Assembly (NCBI GenBank): GCA_964591175.1
Contig: CAZQAF010000009.1
Location: 7,619-71,618, forward strand
Source: an uncultured Desulfobacteraceae bacterium
GTDB lineage: Bacteria > Desulfobacterota > Desulfobacteria > Desulfobacterales > UBA11574
Reading direction: 5' to 3'
Length of the DNA: 64,000 nt
Numbering within the stretch: the first letter of the stretch is position 1; each line of letters opens with the position of its first letter. Positions 8,443 through 18,479 of the stretch are shown here, in pieces. The position numbers were made by a program, and so were the translations under genes. Below the pieces are notes generated by a model, which saw only the letters and a list, made by a program, of their open reading frames with translations, was not told the DNA's origin and did no database searches.

Positions 8443-8735
8443 AGCCTATCCATAAACGGTCTTTTTGCTACATCTATGCGCGGCCTTGTGACATGGCTGC
8501 CTTCTCAAATGTTTACCCTGTTAGTTGTGCTGCCTATCGGACTGGCGCAACGCATGTTTCATCGGGCAACGCCTGTTTTTCAAAGATTAAGCGCAAAAAA
8601 TCAAACTGTCAAAGTTCGGTCGCGAATATATTATAAAAATACTCAATGTATTCATGCGGTTAATCTCGCTAAAGCAGAAACCCTTCCTTGAGCCTGAATC
8701 CCCATAAGAGCGGGAATCCTTTTTCAAAAGTCTCT
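8440..8735. repeat. Degenerate or composite member of the ~145-bp element family (E2)
   Basis: Starts on the TAG stop with TAGAGCCTATCCATAAACGGTCTTTTTGC, like the E1 left end. AAATACTCAATGTATTCATGCGGTTAA (8637-8663) resembles the E5 core. Ends TTTTTCAAAAGTCTCT, like the E5 terminus. Confidence 0.45.
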
Positions 8736-8761
8736 TTATGCACCTTTAATCTTTTTTCCCC

Positions 8762-8790
8762 TTGATTTGTTTTAAATATTAGCATATTAA
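8762..8790 (+). promoter_or_regulatory. Candidate sigma70 promoter for the first sigma54 activator
   Basis: TTGATT-N17-TATTAA; no GG-N10-GC site upstream of this gene. Confidence 0.4.
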
Positions 8791-8885
8791 ACGAGATTAA
8801 TCTTACAAACAAAAAACGCGCCTTCTATCGAGAATTTCCTCAAAGCATTATTTTTAAGGTTTGATTAAAATCAAGAGAACAGATT

Positions 8886-10274
8886 ATGGCAAAAATTTTA
8901 ATCGTTGATGATAATCCGGAAGTGTTGAAACTAATTGCCAGTATACTGGAGACGAATGAGTATGAGGTAGAAACGGTGTCCATGGGAGAATCGGCGATCA
9001 AAAAACTGGAGAGCAATGATTATGACATGGTGTTAACCGACCTTATGATGCCGGATATAGACGGCATGCAGGTTCTTGAGCATGTGAAATCAAAAGCATC
9101 CAGAACCATGTGCATTATCCTTACGGGCCATGGAACCATTAAAAGTTCAGTCAAAGCCATTAAAAAAGGTGCTTTCGATTATATCACAAAACCGGTTTCC
9201 CCCAGCGAACTTCTTATTATTGTTGAAAAAGCCCTTAAATTTAAAAACCTTGAAGAAGAGAATATAAGGCTTAAAAAAGAATTAAAGGGAAAATATCATT
9301 ATAAAAATATTGTTGGAACCAGTCAGGCCATCAAGAAAATATACGATCTTATCGAAAAAGTATCTGATACGGACGGAACCGTTCTGATCACCGGCGCCAG
9401 TGGCACAGGTAAGGAGTTAATTGCAAGATCGATTCATTACAACAGCCAGAGGAGTGATAAACCGCTTGTTGTTATTAATTGTGGTGCTGTTCCTGAAGCC
9501 TTGTTGGAAAGTGAACTTTTCGGCCACGAAAAAGGTGCGTTCACAGGAGCCTATAAAAAAAGGATCGGTCGATTTGAGATGGCCAATGGCGGAACTGTTT
9601 TTCTCGATGAAATCGGAGAGATGAGCCCTGCATTGCAAATAAAACTGCTGAGAGTATTACAGGAACAGCAATTTGAAAGAGTGGGCGGAACAAAAACCAT
9701 CCATGTGGATCTCAGATTTATCGCGGCTACCAATAAAAATCTGACGACTGCCATTAATATGGAAAAATTCAGAGAGGATCTTTATTATCGATTAAATGTC
9801 ATTCCGATCAAGGTGCCGTCATTAAAACAACGGAGATCGGACATTCCTTTGCTAATCGATTTTTTTCTCAAAAAATTTCAGAAAATAAAAAATAAAAAGA
9901 TAACCGGTTTTTCTCAGCCTGCTATGGATTCAATGTGGGCGTATGACTGGCCCGGAAATGTCAGAGAGCTTGAGAATGTCATAAAAAGGCTTACAATCCT
10001 TTGTGAAAGCCCGGTGGTGAACATGGATGATCTCCCTGAAAATATACGAGATGTCAGCGGAGCGAATCCGTCGGACGAGGAAGTTATCCTCGGGGATGAA
10101 TTAAATCTTAATGAAGCGGTTCAAGATTATGAGAAAAAGATTATCCTTGAAGCCCTGGAAAAGACCAACTGGGTAAAATCTAAGGCCGCAAAGCTTCTGA
10201 ATATTAATCGGACAACCTTGGTGGCAAAGATCAAAAAACAGAATATAGAAATCGATAAAGCCGCTTCTGCTTAA
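8886..10274 (+). CDS. sigma54-dependent response regulator (REC-AAA-HTH), FleQ/FlrA-like master regulator candidate
   Basis: [31 protein letters not shown]; [12 protein letters not shown] resembles FleQ/FlrA RRTTLVEK; REC Asp is intact. Confidence 0.9.
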   Translation: MAKILIVDDNPEVLKLIASILETNEYEVETVSMGESAIKKLESNDYDMVLTDLMMPDIDGMQVLEHVKSKASRTMCIILTGHGTIKSSVKAIKKGAFDYITKPVSPSELLIIVEKALKFKNLEEENIRLKKELKGKYHYKNIVGTSQAIKKIYDLIEKVSDTDGTVLITGASGTGKELIARSIHYNSQRSDKPLVVINCGAVPEALLESELFGHEKGAFTGAYKKRIGRFEMANGGTVFLDEIGEMSPALQIKLLRVLQEQQFERVGGTKTIHVDLRFIAATNKNLTTAINMEKFREDLYYRLNVIPIKVPSLKQRRSDIPLLIDFFLKKFQKIKNKKITGFSQPAMDSMWAYDWPGNVRELENVIKRLTILCESPVVNMDDLPENIRDVSGANPSDEEVILGDELNLNEAVQDYEKKIILEALEKTNWVKSKAAKLLNINRTTLVAKIKKQNIEIDKAASA

Positions 10275-10341
10275 AGGCGTTATCGATAGCTGAAAAATAC
10301 ATATGACATTTCTATCAAACCTGTCACACGAGAAGCTTCAT

Positions 10342-10357
10342 TGTCAAAAAAATGACA
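10342..10357. promoter_or_regulatory. Candidate enhancer (FleQ-box-like)
   Basis: TGTCA-AAAAAA-TGACA, about 205 bp upstream of the sigma54 promoter at 10564. Confidence 0.55.
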
Positions 10358-10563
10358 GTTTGCATTATTTATTTTTCCGTTTTAAACGCTTCTTCTCATC
10401 CAAAGCCCCCCTTCTTTTTTTCAAAATATTATGGATCAAGTCAAATGGATATTTATAAAAAAATAGCTAAAACAGTTGGTTAAAGGTTTAAATCCGTTGA
10501 TTTGATCTTCATGGGAAAGTGATGAATATTCCTTCACTCCGTCTCATCATAATTCCAGTCTCC

Positions 10564-10580
10564 TTGGCATACTAATTGCT
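10564..10580 (+). promoter_or_regulatory. sigma54 promoter
   Basis: TTGGCATACTAATTGCT (GG-N10-GC). Confidence 0.8.
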
Positions 10581-10592
10581 GTAAAATGCAGC

Positions 10593-13271
10593 ATGAAAGG
10601 CAATTTTACAAGATCAATCCTTGTTTTATTATCCTCTCTTCTTTTGATTTGTCATTCCAGTATGATAGGAGCAAGTCCGACTCCTTTGGCAAAAAAAACA
10701 TATCAAGGGGCGATAAGCCGGATTGTTTCAATAAAAACACATCGATCAAAGGACCAAACCACTGTTACGATCGTGGGTGACGGCAACGTTTCCGACCATA
10801 CCATTAAAACCCTTAAAAAGCCCCCTAGAATTCTTGTTGATTTCAATTGTGCGGCGCGATTGCTTGAAGCAAGGTCCATTAATGTGGATGATCCGGATAT
10901 TAAATCAATAAGGATTGGGTATCATTTTGATAAAATAAGAGTAGTAATAGATGTTAAAGGGAGTGTTGTCCCCGCATATAAAGATAAGTTTAAGAATAAT
11001 GCCTTAATCGTCACTTTAAAATTACAAAACAACCAGGACGAAAGAGATCAATACAGATATCCCAGTGAGAAAGAGAAAAGCGAAATCCCGGTAGAGATTA
11101 AAAAATCTGAAAAAAAAAAGACGGATAACATCCAAAAAGCAGCTATCCATTTAAAAGAAAAAAAGCATATCTCGAATTTATCTTCCTCTCTGAATTCCAA
11201 AACTTCGAACAAACAAGTCATTGGTTCCGGGCAAAATTTTGACCCTGTTTTATCCAAACAAACATCCATTAAAAAACAGGAACCGATTAGACCGGGTCCA
11301 GGAGCGAAACTGGTCCAAATGGTGGATAATGACGGTAAAGAAGATACGTTTTTTTACCTGAAATGCCTAAGTTTTTATAGATCCAAAGATTGGGAAAATG
11401 CTGTTCTGAATTTTACGAATTTTATTAAAAAATATCCCAATGGAAGATATACGGAGAAAGCATATTTTATTTTGGCAAAATCATATGATCACTCAAATTC
11501 AAAAAACATCTCAGTTCATTATAAAAAGATCAAAGATCACTATGAGGATGCTGTAAGCCGGTTTCCTGATTCCGAGTTCGTTCCCGACGCGATGTATAGC
11601 ATCGGAACTCTTCTTTTTAAGACTAAAAATTATTCAGAGGCATTGGGATACTATACTCTTGTTTTAAAAGAAGACGAAGATTCCATACTTCGAATTAAGG
11701 CCTTGACACAAAAGGCGAGAATATTGCTTTTAAAAAATAGGAAAACAGAGGCCTTGGCCGATCTGGATCAATTAGAAAAAATCACTGCCAAATATCCTGG
11801 TTTACGTGAAAGAACAGAAGCGAGAAAAGAAAAAGCAAAAGTTTTATATGAAATGAACAAGTTTTATGAGTCGATAAACATTCTCGATGAATTAATAAAA
11901 GAAAATCCTGAAAATCTATATGTGCATCCGGAAATTTCATTGTATCTGGGTTATAACTATTACCAGTTGGGAAATAACAAAAAGGCAAGAGAAAACCTGT
12001 ACCGATTTTATAATACATTTCCTAGTCGAAAAATAAATAATCTGGTTCTTAATCAGATCGGTGATACTTATCGAAATGAAGGATTGATCAAGGACGCTGT
12101 TAAATTTTATCGACTGGTTCTTGATCGCTTTCCGAATACGGACGGCGCAATCATTAGCAAAATTCGGTTGGCCGAGCAGCAAGAAAATACGGATTGGATT
12201 GAAAAAACAAGAAAAGAAGTAGGGTCGCCTCAAAATATTTACGAAGGTATTGTCAATCATTCGGCTGACAAAAAAGACGGAAAGAACCCTTTGATGCAAC
12301 TTTCCATGCTGAAGCTCGGAATCACCTACCAGAAAAAGAAAGAATATCAAAAGAGCCTAAAAGTATTAAAAGAACTGTTTGATCGGTATCCAAAGACATC
12401 TCTAAAGAGAGAATTAACTCATGCCTTAATGGTGACCTTCGAGAGCATACAAAAAAAAGAAATTAAAGATAAAAAATATATCAATATCATAAATTTATAT
12501 CTAAAAGAAAAGAAGCTGTTTTTAATGATCAATGCTCCCGAGTTGTTTTTGCCTGTGGCGAGGTCCTTTGTCTATATTGATCTTAAGGACATGGCTATTG
12601 AAGTTTTTAAGAAGGCTGATATCCTCCTGTCGAACACGGAAAAACCTGATGATCTTCTTTTTTTTATGGGTAAATATTTTTATGAAAAAGACAATATCGG
12701 AGAGTCGTTTAAAAGATTCGAGATTTTGACGAAAAAATATCCCAAATCCAAATATTTGCCGGAAGCATTACGGATGAAGGGGAATATACTTTTAAAAGAA
12801 AAAAAATATGCACTGGCGATAGAATCTTTTGATGCTGCTTTAAAATATCCTGATGAAACGTGTAAAAAATCTTATCTCTTGATAGGAAAAGCGATCGGAC
12901 TAATTGGAAGTAATTCTAAAGATAGAGCATTAAACAATATCAATCAGGCAAATGAAATAAGAAAGAATTGTGATAACCGGGATATCAATATCGATCAGAA
13001 AATCGCAGATGTATATCTTTCCCTGGGAAATGCTAAGAAAGCCCTGGGCATCTTTAACAGTGCCATCAAAAAGGCGAAAGATGACCATGAGAAAGTTCCG
13101 CTTAAGCTAAAATTGGCAAAATGCTATTGGTTATTGAATAAAAAAGAAGATTCTCTTGCAGTATATCACCAGATTTCAAGCCTCAATGATCCATTCTGGA
13201 GCAATCTGGCTAAAGAAAAGATGAATGAGATTCAATTTAACAGGGAGAATAATCCTAAGAGAGCAAATTAG
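10593..13271 (+). CDS. Exported AMIN-domain and TPR-repeat protein
   Basis: Signal-peptide-like N-terminus; AMIN-like segment (PPRILVDF...IRIGYH..KIRVVIDV); Lys-rich linker; long TPR array with repeated YP(xS/G) turns. Confidence 0.85.
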   Translation: MKGNFTRSILVLLSSLLLICHSSMIGASPTPLAKKTYQGAISRIVSIKTHRSKDQTTVTIVGDGNVSDHTIKTLKKPPRILVDFNCAARLLEARSINVDDPDIKSIRIGYHFDKIRVVIDVKGSVVPAYKDKFKNNALIVTLKLQNNQDERDQYRYPSEKEKSEIPVEIKKSEKKKTDNIQKAAIHLKEKKHISNLSSSLNSKTSNKQVIGSGQNFDPVLSKQTSIKKQEPIRPGPGAKLVQMVDNDGKEDTFFYLKCLSFYRSKDWENAVLNFTNFIKKYPNGRYTEKAYFILAKSYDHSNSKNISVHYKKIKDHYEDAVSRFPDSEFVPDAMYSIGTLLFKTKNYSEALGYYTLVLKEDEDSILRIKALTQKARILLLKNRKTEALADLDQLEKITAKYPGLRERTEARKEKAKVLYEMNKFYESINILDELIKENPENLYVHPEISLYLGYNYYQLGNNKKARENLYRFYNTFPSRKINNLVLNQIGDTYRNEGLIKDAVKFYRLVLDRFPNTDGAIISKIRLAEQQENTDWIEKTRKEVGSPQNIYEGIVNHSADKKDGKNPLMQLSMLKLGITYQKKKEYQKSLKVLKELFDRYPKTSLKRELTHALMVTFESIQKKEIKDKKYINIINLYLKEKKLFLMINAPELFLPVARSFVYIDLKDMAIEVFKKADILLSNTEKPDDLLFFMGKYFYEKDNIGESFKRFEILTKKYPKSKYLPEALRMKGNILLKEKKYALAIESFDAALKYPDETCKKSYLLIGKAIGLIGSNSKDRALNNINQANEIRKNCDNRDINIDQKIADVYLSLGNAKKALGIFNSAIKKAKDDHEKVPLKLKLAKCYWLLNKKEDSLAVYHQISSLNDPFWSNLAKEKMNEIQFNRENNPKRAN

Positions 13272-13294
13272 GTTCATAAAATAGGAGACGGCGT

Positions 13295-14644
13295 TTGAAG
13301 ATGATTAGGAAGAAAATATTACTGGCCGACAACAATCTCAACGGCCGGTCGCATGATATCTGCAAGTTATTTTTTGAATCTGGCTATGATGTTAAAACTG
13401 CTGACAACGGCCGATTGGCTTATGAAGAGATCGTCAAAGATCATTATGATCTTGTTCTAACCGACCTTAACTTGGCCCAGATAAACGGAATCAGCCTGTT
13501 AAAGAGAATAAAGGATTTCAATGCAAAGCTTCCTGTCATTCTCATAGCTGATGAAGCCTGTATCAATGATGCGGTTGAAGCAATGAAACTTGGTGCCAAT
13601 GACTTTTTGTTGAAACCCTTATCGTCCAAAATGATAGATTTGATCCATTCTTACATTGAAAACGGATTGAACGTAAAAGAAAAAAATGATGCCAAAAAAC
13701 GATTCAAGATTGTTACGCATAATAAAAATATGAAAAATCTGCTTCAGGTGGCAAGAGATATCGCCGACAGCAAGGCTTCCGTTTTTATTCAGGGAGAATC
13801 GGGAACCGGAAAAGAACTTTTTGCCAGATACATTCATCAGTTCAGTTCAAGGAAGGATCAGCCGTTTGTGGCAGTCAATTGCGCTGCATTGCCGGAAAAC
13901 CTGCTTGAAAGCGAGCTGTTCGGACATGAAAAGGGTGCATTCACCGGCGCGATTTCAAGGAAAAAAGGTAAATTTGAACTGGCCAATCATGGGACGCTTC
14001 TTCTGGATGAGGTCAGCGAAATGGATTATCAGCTTCAATCCAAGCTCTTAAGAGTATTACAAGAAAGAGAGATCGACAGGATAGGTGGCATGCAGCCGGT
14101 TCCCATTGATGTCCGATTTCTTGCCACGACAAACCGGGATATCGAAAAGCGAATCAAAGATGGAAAGTTCAGAGAGGATCTTCATTATCGATTGAATGTT
14201 ATGCCAATTCATTTGCCTCCGTTACGGGAAAGGAGAGATGATATTCCCTTGCTTGCAATGCATTTCGTCGAAAAATGCTGCAAGTTGGAAAATCGATCTG
14301 TCAAAGGGTTGACGGATGAGGCTATGGTTTCTTTGATGGAAATGACGTGGAAGGGAAATGTCAGGGAACTGGAGAACATCATTGAGAGAGCCGTTTTAAT
14401 GTGCAAGGGGGATATATTAGACAAAAAGGACTTGTTTCTTCCTGAAAGTGATCGACAATCTGATGTTACGAAACCATCGACGGTTCCGCCGGTCTCTTTG
14501 AAAGAGATTGAAAAAAGTGTCATTTTAAACACATTGGATCAAACAAATGGGAACAGAACTCATGCGGCTGAAATCCTGGGAATAAGCGTTCGGACATTGA
14601 GAAATAAAATGAATGAGTATCGAAAAAAAATGGAGATGCACTAA
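13295..14644 (+). CDS. sigma54-dependent response regulator, FlrC/FleR/FlbD-like
   Basis: GESGTGKE, GAFTGA, WKGNVREL; HTH LGISVRTLRNKMNEY is typical of FlbD/FlrC; lies directly upstream of flgB. Confidence 0.9.
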   Translation: MKMIRKKILLADNNLNGRSHDICKLFFESGYDVKTADNGRLAYEEIVKDHYDLVLTDLNLAQINGISLLKRIKDFNAKLPVILIADEACINDAVEAMKLGANDFLLKPLSSKMIDLIHSYIENGLNVKEKNDAKKRFKIVTHNKNMKNLLQVARDIADSKASVFIQGESGTGKELFARYIHQFSSRKDQPFVAVNCAALPENLLESELFGHEKGAFTGAISRKKGKFELANHGTLLLDEVSEMDYQLQSKLLRVLQEREIDRIGGMQPVPIDVRFLATTNRDIEKRIKDGKFREDLHYRLNVMPIHLPPLRERRDDIPLLAMHFVEKCCKLENRSVKGLTDEAMVSLMEMTWKGNVRELENIIERAVLMCKGDILDKKDLFLPESDRQSDVTKPSTVPPVSLKEIEKSVILNTLDQTNGNRTHAAEILGISVRTLRNKMNEYRKKMEMH

Positions 14645-14646
14645 AA

Positions 14647-14663
14647 AAGGCATGCAAATTGCT
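14647..14663 (+). promoter_or_regulatory. sigma54 promoter of the flgB operon
   Basis: AAGGCATGCAAATTGCT (GG-N10-GC). Confidence 0.75.
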
Positions 14664-14726
14664 AATATATTTTTATTCTATGAACAAATGCTTAAAAAAT
14701 AGCCCGAATATATAAAGGAAAAGCTC

Positions 14727-15134
14727 ATGCCCGATAAATTGTCTTTTGGGAAAACATTTCGTGCCTTGGAGAAAGCTATCAGTATCGCCCAACAAAGAAA
14801 TTCATATATAAGTAGTAATATCAGTAATGTAGATACCCCGGGCTACAAGCCGAAAGATATAGATTTCAAAAGAGAATTGGCCAGCGCGCTTGAAACAACC
14901 CAAACAGCGGATCTGGAAAAAACAGATCCGAGGCATATCAGCATTAAAAATAACGGCCGTCAAACCATCGAACCTTTCGAAAAACAGGATGAATGGAATG
15001 GCTATAACTGGGTAAATATTGACAAGGAAATGACAAAGCTGACGGAAAACAACTTGACCTACCGGTCGGCCGTTGAAGTCCTTTTAAGGAAAATATCTTT
15101 ATTAAAAGAAGTTATCAAAGAGGGAGGACGATAA
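14727..15134 (+). CDS. flgB: Basal-body rod protein FlgB
   Basis: SNISNVDTPGYKPKDIDF; NWVNIDKEM. Confidence 0.95.
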   Translation: MPDKLSFGKTFRALEKAISIAQQRNSYISSNISNVDTPGYKPKDIDFKRELASALETTQTADLEKTDPRHISIKNNGRQTIEPFEKQDEWNGYNWVNIDKEMTKLTENNLTYRSAVEVLLRKISLLKEVIKEGGR

Positions 15135-15135
15135 A

Positions 15136-15561
15136 ATGAATTTTTTAAAAGCGCTTGAGACCAGCGCCTCAGGACTTTATGCCGAGAGAAAAAGAATGGA
15201 TATCATTGCCGGCAATCTTTCGAACATAGAAACGACGCGCACAAAAGAAGGCGGGCCTTATCGTAGAAAAATGGTGGTCATGAGTACAAAGGAAATGGAT
15301 CAACAATTCGATGATGTGTTTAACAATTCCCTCAAGGGCGTCCAAATTGATGATATCGTTGAAGATAAAACACCGTTTAAAAAAGTCTTTAATCCGGGGC
15401 ACCCTGATGCTGACAAAGATGGATATGTATTAAAACCGAATGTCGATCTCGTTGTGGAAACCACCAACATGATGATGGCCAGGAGAGCATTTGAAGCCAA
15501 TATAGCGGCCATTAAAGCCACAAGGGAGATGGTCATTAAAGCGCTTGAAATCGGGAGATAA
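15136..15561 (+). CDS. flgC: Basal-body rod protein FlgC
   Basis: NIETTRTKEGGPYRRK; FNPGHPDADKDGYVLKPNV. Confidence 0.96.
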   Translation: MNFLKALETSASGLYAERKRMDIIAGNLSNIETTRTKEGGPYRRKMVVMSTKEMDQQFDDVFNNSLKGVQIDDIVEDKTPFKKVFNPGHPDADKDGYVLKPNVDLVVETTNMMMARRAFEANIAAIKATREMVIKALEIGR

Positions 15562-15564
15562 CCT

Positions 15565-15855
15565 ATGAATGATTTAAAGATTGACGGTGGGCAACAAGCC
15601 ACGCTTAAAAAATTCGCAAATGTGGATAAAAAGAACACCGAAGGATTTGATAAAGTTATAAAAGGCGCAATTAACAATGTCAATAAACTTGAGGAGGATT
15701 CAAACAAATCTGTCATGGATCTGTTAAGTGGCAAGGCGGACATTCATGAGACAATGATAAGTCTCCAAAAGGCTGATATATCCATGCGGCTGTTTCTGGC
15801 GATTCGGAATAAGGCGGTGGATGCCTACCGAGAAATCATGCATATGAATTTTTAA
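15565..15855 (+). CDS. fliE: Hook-basal body protein FliE
   Basis: IHETMISLQKADISMRL..AIRNKAVDAYREIM. Confidence 0.95.
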   Translation: MNDLKIDGGQQATLKKFANVDKKNTEGFDKVIKGAINNVNKLEEDSNKSVMDLLSGKADIHETMISLQKADISMRLFLAIRNKAVDAYREIMHMNF

Positions 15856-15884
15856 GTTAGGGATGTGAAAAGGGAACCTTTGGG

Positions 15885-17462
15885 ATGAATGATTCAATTA
15901 GACAATTTTTGAAATTAATAAATTCATTGCCGCTTTCCAAGAAGATCAGCATGATATTTGTAGTTGTTCTTGTAATGACCGGTTTTGCGTTAATGTTTTT
16001 CTGGGCGAATCAGGAAAATTATAAGGTTTTATACAGTAATCTTTCTCAAAAAGACGGTAGTGCCATCCTGGCCGATCTCAAGAAAAAGAATATTCCCTAC
16101 AAGGTCGAAGCCAATGGAACGATCATATTGGTTCCAGCGGAAAAAGTCTATGAGTTGCGTCTTACCATGGCCGGCGAAGGCCTTCCAAACGGCGGGAATG
16201 TTGGCTTTGAAATATTCGACCATTCTGATTTTAAAACAACGAGGTTTGTGCAGGAATTGAACTACCGGAGAGCACTCCAGGGCGAACTGGCAAGGACGAT
16301 TAATCAGTTCAAGGAGGTGAACAATTCACGAGTGTTTATCGTAATACCTGAAGAATCGCTTTTCGTAGAGGACAAAAAACCTGCCTCTGCATCGATACAG
16401 CTCGACTTGAAGTCGAGCTTACCCCCTGAAAGACTCACTGCTATTGTTCATCTTGTCGCAAATGCCGTCGAAGGCTTGGAACCTGAGCATGTTACCGTAG
16501 TGGATACGAAAGGCAGGCTTATTTTCAAGGGCAGGACCGATGATGATTCATCGTCCGCATTAAGCGGTTCTCAATTGGACTATAAAAGAAAGATCGAGAG
16601 CCAGATAAAAGAGAACGTTCAGAGCATGTTGGAACGTATTGTCGGCTTGGGAAAGGCCATTGTTCGGGTGAATGCCGAGATCGATTTTGACAAAATTACG
16701 CAAAATGAGGAAGAATATGACCCGACGACAACGGCGGTCAGAAGTTCGAGAGACATTGAAGAGGACACCCAAAGCGGTGAAAAAAGCAATAAAACCGCTC
16801 AAACACTGATAAATCAAAGAAGGGGAGTGGTTCAGTCTCCAGATGAAACGCAGAACAAAAAAACAAAAAAAGACATCGCCACAAATTATGAAATAAATAA
16901 AATCACCCGAACAATTCTGAAGCCGGCGGGAACAATCACACGTCTTTCCGTTGCCGCGGTGATTGACGGAAAGCATGAGTTGGAGAAATTAAAAGACGGG
17001 ACGACAAAAAGAAAATATATTCCACGGACCGAACAGGAGCTCAAAAAATTTGAAGAAATCGTAAAAAAAGCCATGGGATACAATGAGGACAGAGAGGATC
17101 AGGTTACTGTAAGTTCAATTTCATTTTCAGATACGATGCCAATGGACAATCATATGGCAGCGGAGCCGGGCAAATTGGATTCAATCCTAAACGTTGTAAG
17201 AGACTATAGAAAAACAATCATAAATCTTACATTAATCGCCATGGTTTTTCTATTCATTGTGAGGCCTTTACTCAAGAGTATGAAAGCCGTGACCAAAGAA
17301 ACGCTATTTGCAACCGAAGAATTGACAAGAGTCTCGGAAGAATATGCTCAACTTCCGGAGTCTAGAGGCATGGATATGAAAAATAGAGTTCGTGAGATAA
17401 GTCAAAATAATCCCGAAAAAGCCCAGCAGCTTATTAGAGGATGGCTTGGTGAAAAGGAATAA
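15885..17462 (+). CDS. fliF: MS-ring protein FliF
   Basis: Two TM segments; GNVGFEIFD, NYRRALQGELARTI, ASASIQL. Confidence 0.96.
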   Translation: MNDSIRQFLKLINSLPLSKKISMIFVVVLVMTGFALMFFWANQENYKVLYSNLSQKDGSAILADLKKKNIPYKVEANGTIILVPAEKVYELRLTMAGEGLPNGGNVGFEIFDHSDFKTTRFVQELNYRRALQGELARTINQFKEVNNSRVFIVIPEESLFVEDKKPASASIQLDLKSSLPPERLTAIVHLVANAVEGLEPEHVTVVDTKGRLIFKGRTDDDSSSALSGSQLDYKRKIESQIKENVQSMLERIVGLGKAIVRVNAEIDFDKITQNEEEYDPTTTAVRSSRDIEEDTQSGEKSNKTAQTLINQRRGVVQSPDETQNKKTKKDIATNYEINKITRTILKPAGTITRLSVAAVIDGKHELEKLKDGTTKRKYIPRTEQELKKFEEIVKKAMGYNEDREDQVTVSSISFSDTMPMDNHMAAEPGKLDSILNVVRDYRKTIINLTLIAMVFLFIVRPLLKSMKAVTKETLFATEELTRVSEEYAQLPESRGMDMKNRVREISQNNPEKAQQLIRGWLGEKE

Positions 17463-17471
17463 GCTTCGATA

Positions 17472-18479
17472 ATGAAACTCAATGTCGATAAATTATCAGG
17501 GCCCCAGAAGGCCGCCATTCTTTTTTTGGCCATGGGAGAGGAGTTTTCCGCTAACTTCTTTAAAGAGCTGGACGAAGCAAGCATTAAAAAAATAGGTCGA
17601 TACATGTCGGAAATATCGTATATCCCCTCTGAGGTTTTGAGCACAGTGATGGATGAGTTCCTTATCAACTTTAGATCTGAAAGTGATGTCGTTGTTTCAG
17701 GAGAAAGTTTTCTGAAACAGGTTATCAGTAAATCATTGGATAAAGAAAGCGCTCAAGAAGTGTTCAAGGTTATCGGCGAAAAAGGGAACAAGGCCCCTTT
17801 CAGCGATCTTTCTTATATACCCGTTGAAAAACTGATTAATATCATCCAGGGTGAACATCCTCAAACCATCGCCCTGATATTGTCCTACTTGTCTTATGAA
17901 AAAGCGGCTGAAGTTCTCAAATCTTTCCCGGAAGATATTAAAACCGATGTCGCACTCAGGCTCGTTCAGATCGGACAAGTCGATGTCGAAATAGTAAACG
18001 AGCTCGATAAAGTCATTAAAAGCGAGCTTTCCAAAATAGGAGGCGTAACCCGGAAATGTGACGGGATAGAAACCCTGGCAAATATATTAAACCAGGTAGA
18101 CGGGATTACCGAAGAGTCGGTTTTGAACCACATAGAAAATGAAGACAGCGAGTTAGCGGATATGGTCAGGCAGAAAATGTTTGTTTTTGAAGATCTGCTG
18201 CAGATTGAAAACAGGCATTTCAGAGATATTCTCCAAAATGTGGATAACCAGTTGTTGATAAAGGCACTGAAAACCACTTCAGACGAAATGAAGGATAAGG
18301 TTTTCAGCAATTTGTCGGAAAGAGCTTCGGAAATGCTTAAAGAAGATATGGAAGTTATGGGACCGGTTAAGTTAAGTGAAGTCGAGGACGCGCAACAGGA
18401 GATAATTAAAATAGCAAAGAGGCTCGAGTCAGAGGGACGAATCGTCCTGGCTAAAGGCGGGGATGATGTCTTTGTCTAG
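17472..18479 (+). CDS. fliG: Motor switch protein FliG
   Basis: LSGPQKAAIL, EHPQTIAL, MFVFEDL, GPVKLSEVEDAQ. Confidence 0.97.
   Translation: MKLNVDKLSGPQKAAILFLAMGEEFSANFFKELDEASIKKIGRYMSEISYIPSEVLSTVMDEFLINFRSESDVVVSGESFLKQVISKSLDKESAQEVFKVIGEKGNKAPFSDLSYIPVEKLINIIQGEHPQTIALILSYLSYEKAAEVLKSFPEDIKTDVALRLVQIGQVDVEIVNELDKVIKSELSKIGGVTRKCDGIETLANILNQVDGITEESVLNHIENEDSELADMVRQKMFVFEDLLQIENRHFRDILQNVDNQLLIKALKTTSDEMKDKVFSNLSERASEMLKEDMEVMGPVKLSEVEDAQQEIIKIAKRLESEGRIVLAKGGDDVFV

Noticed and set aside
8476-8691. 71-aa ORF between ORF 8044 and the activator gene
   Set aside because: It lies within the degenerate repeat region and has no RBS.
14518-14533. TGTCA-TTTTAA-ACACA inside the second activator gene as a flgB enhancer
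   Set aside because: Two mismatches in one half-site, and it lies within coding sequence.
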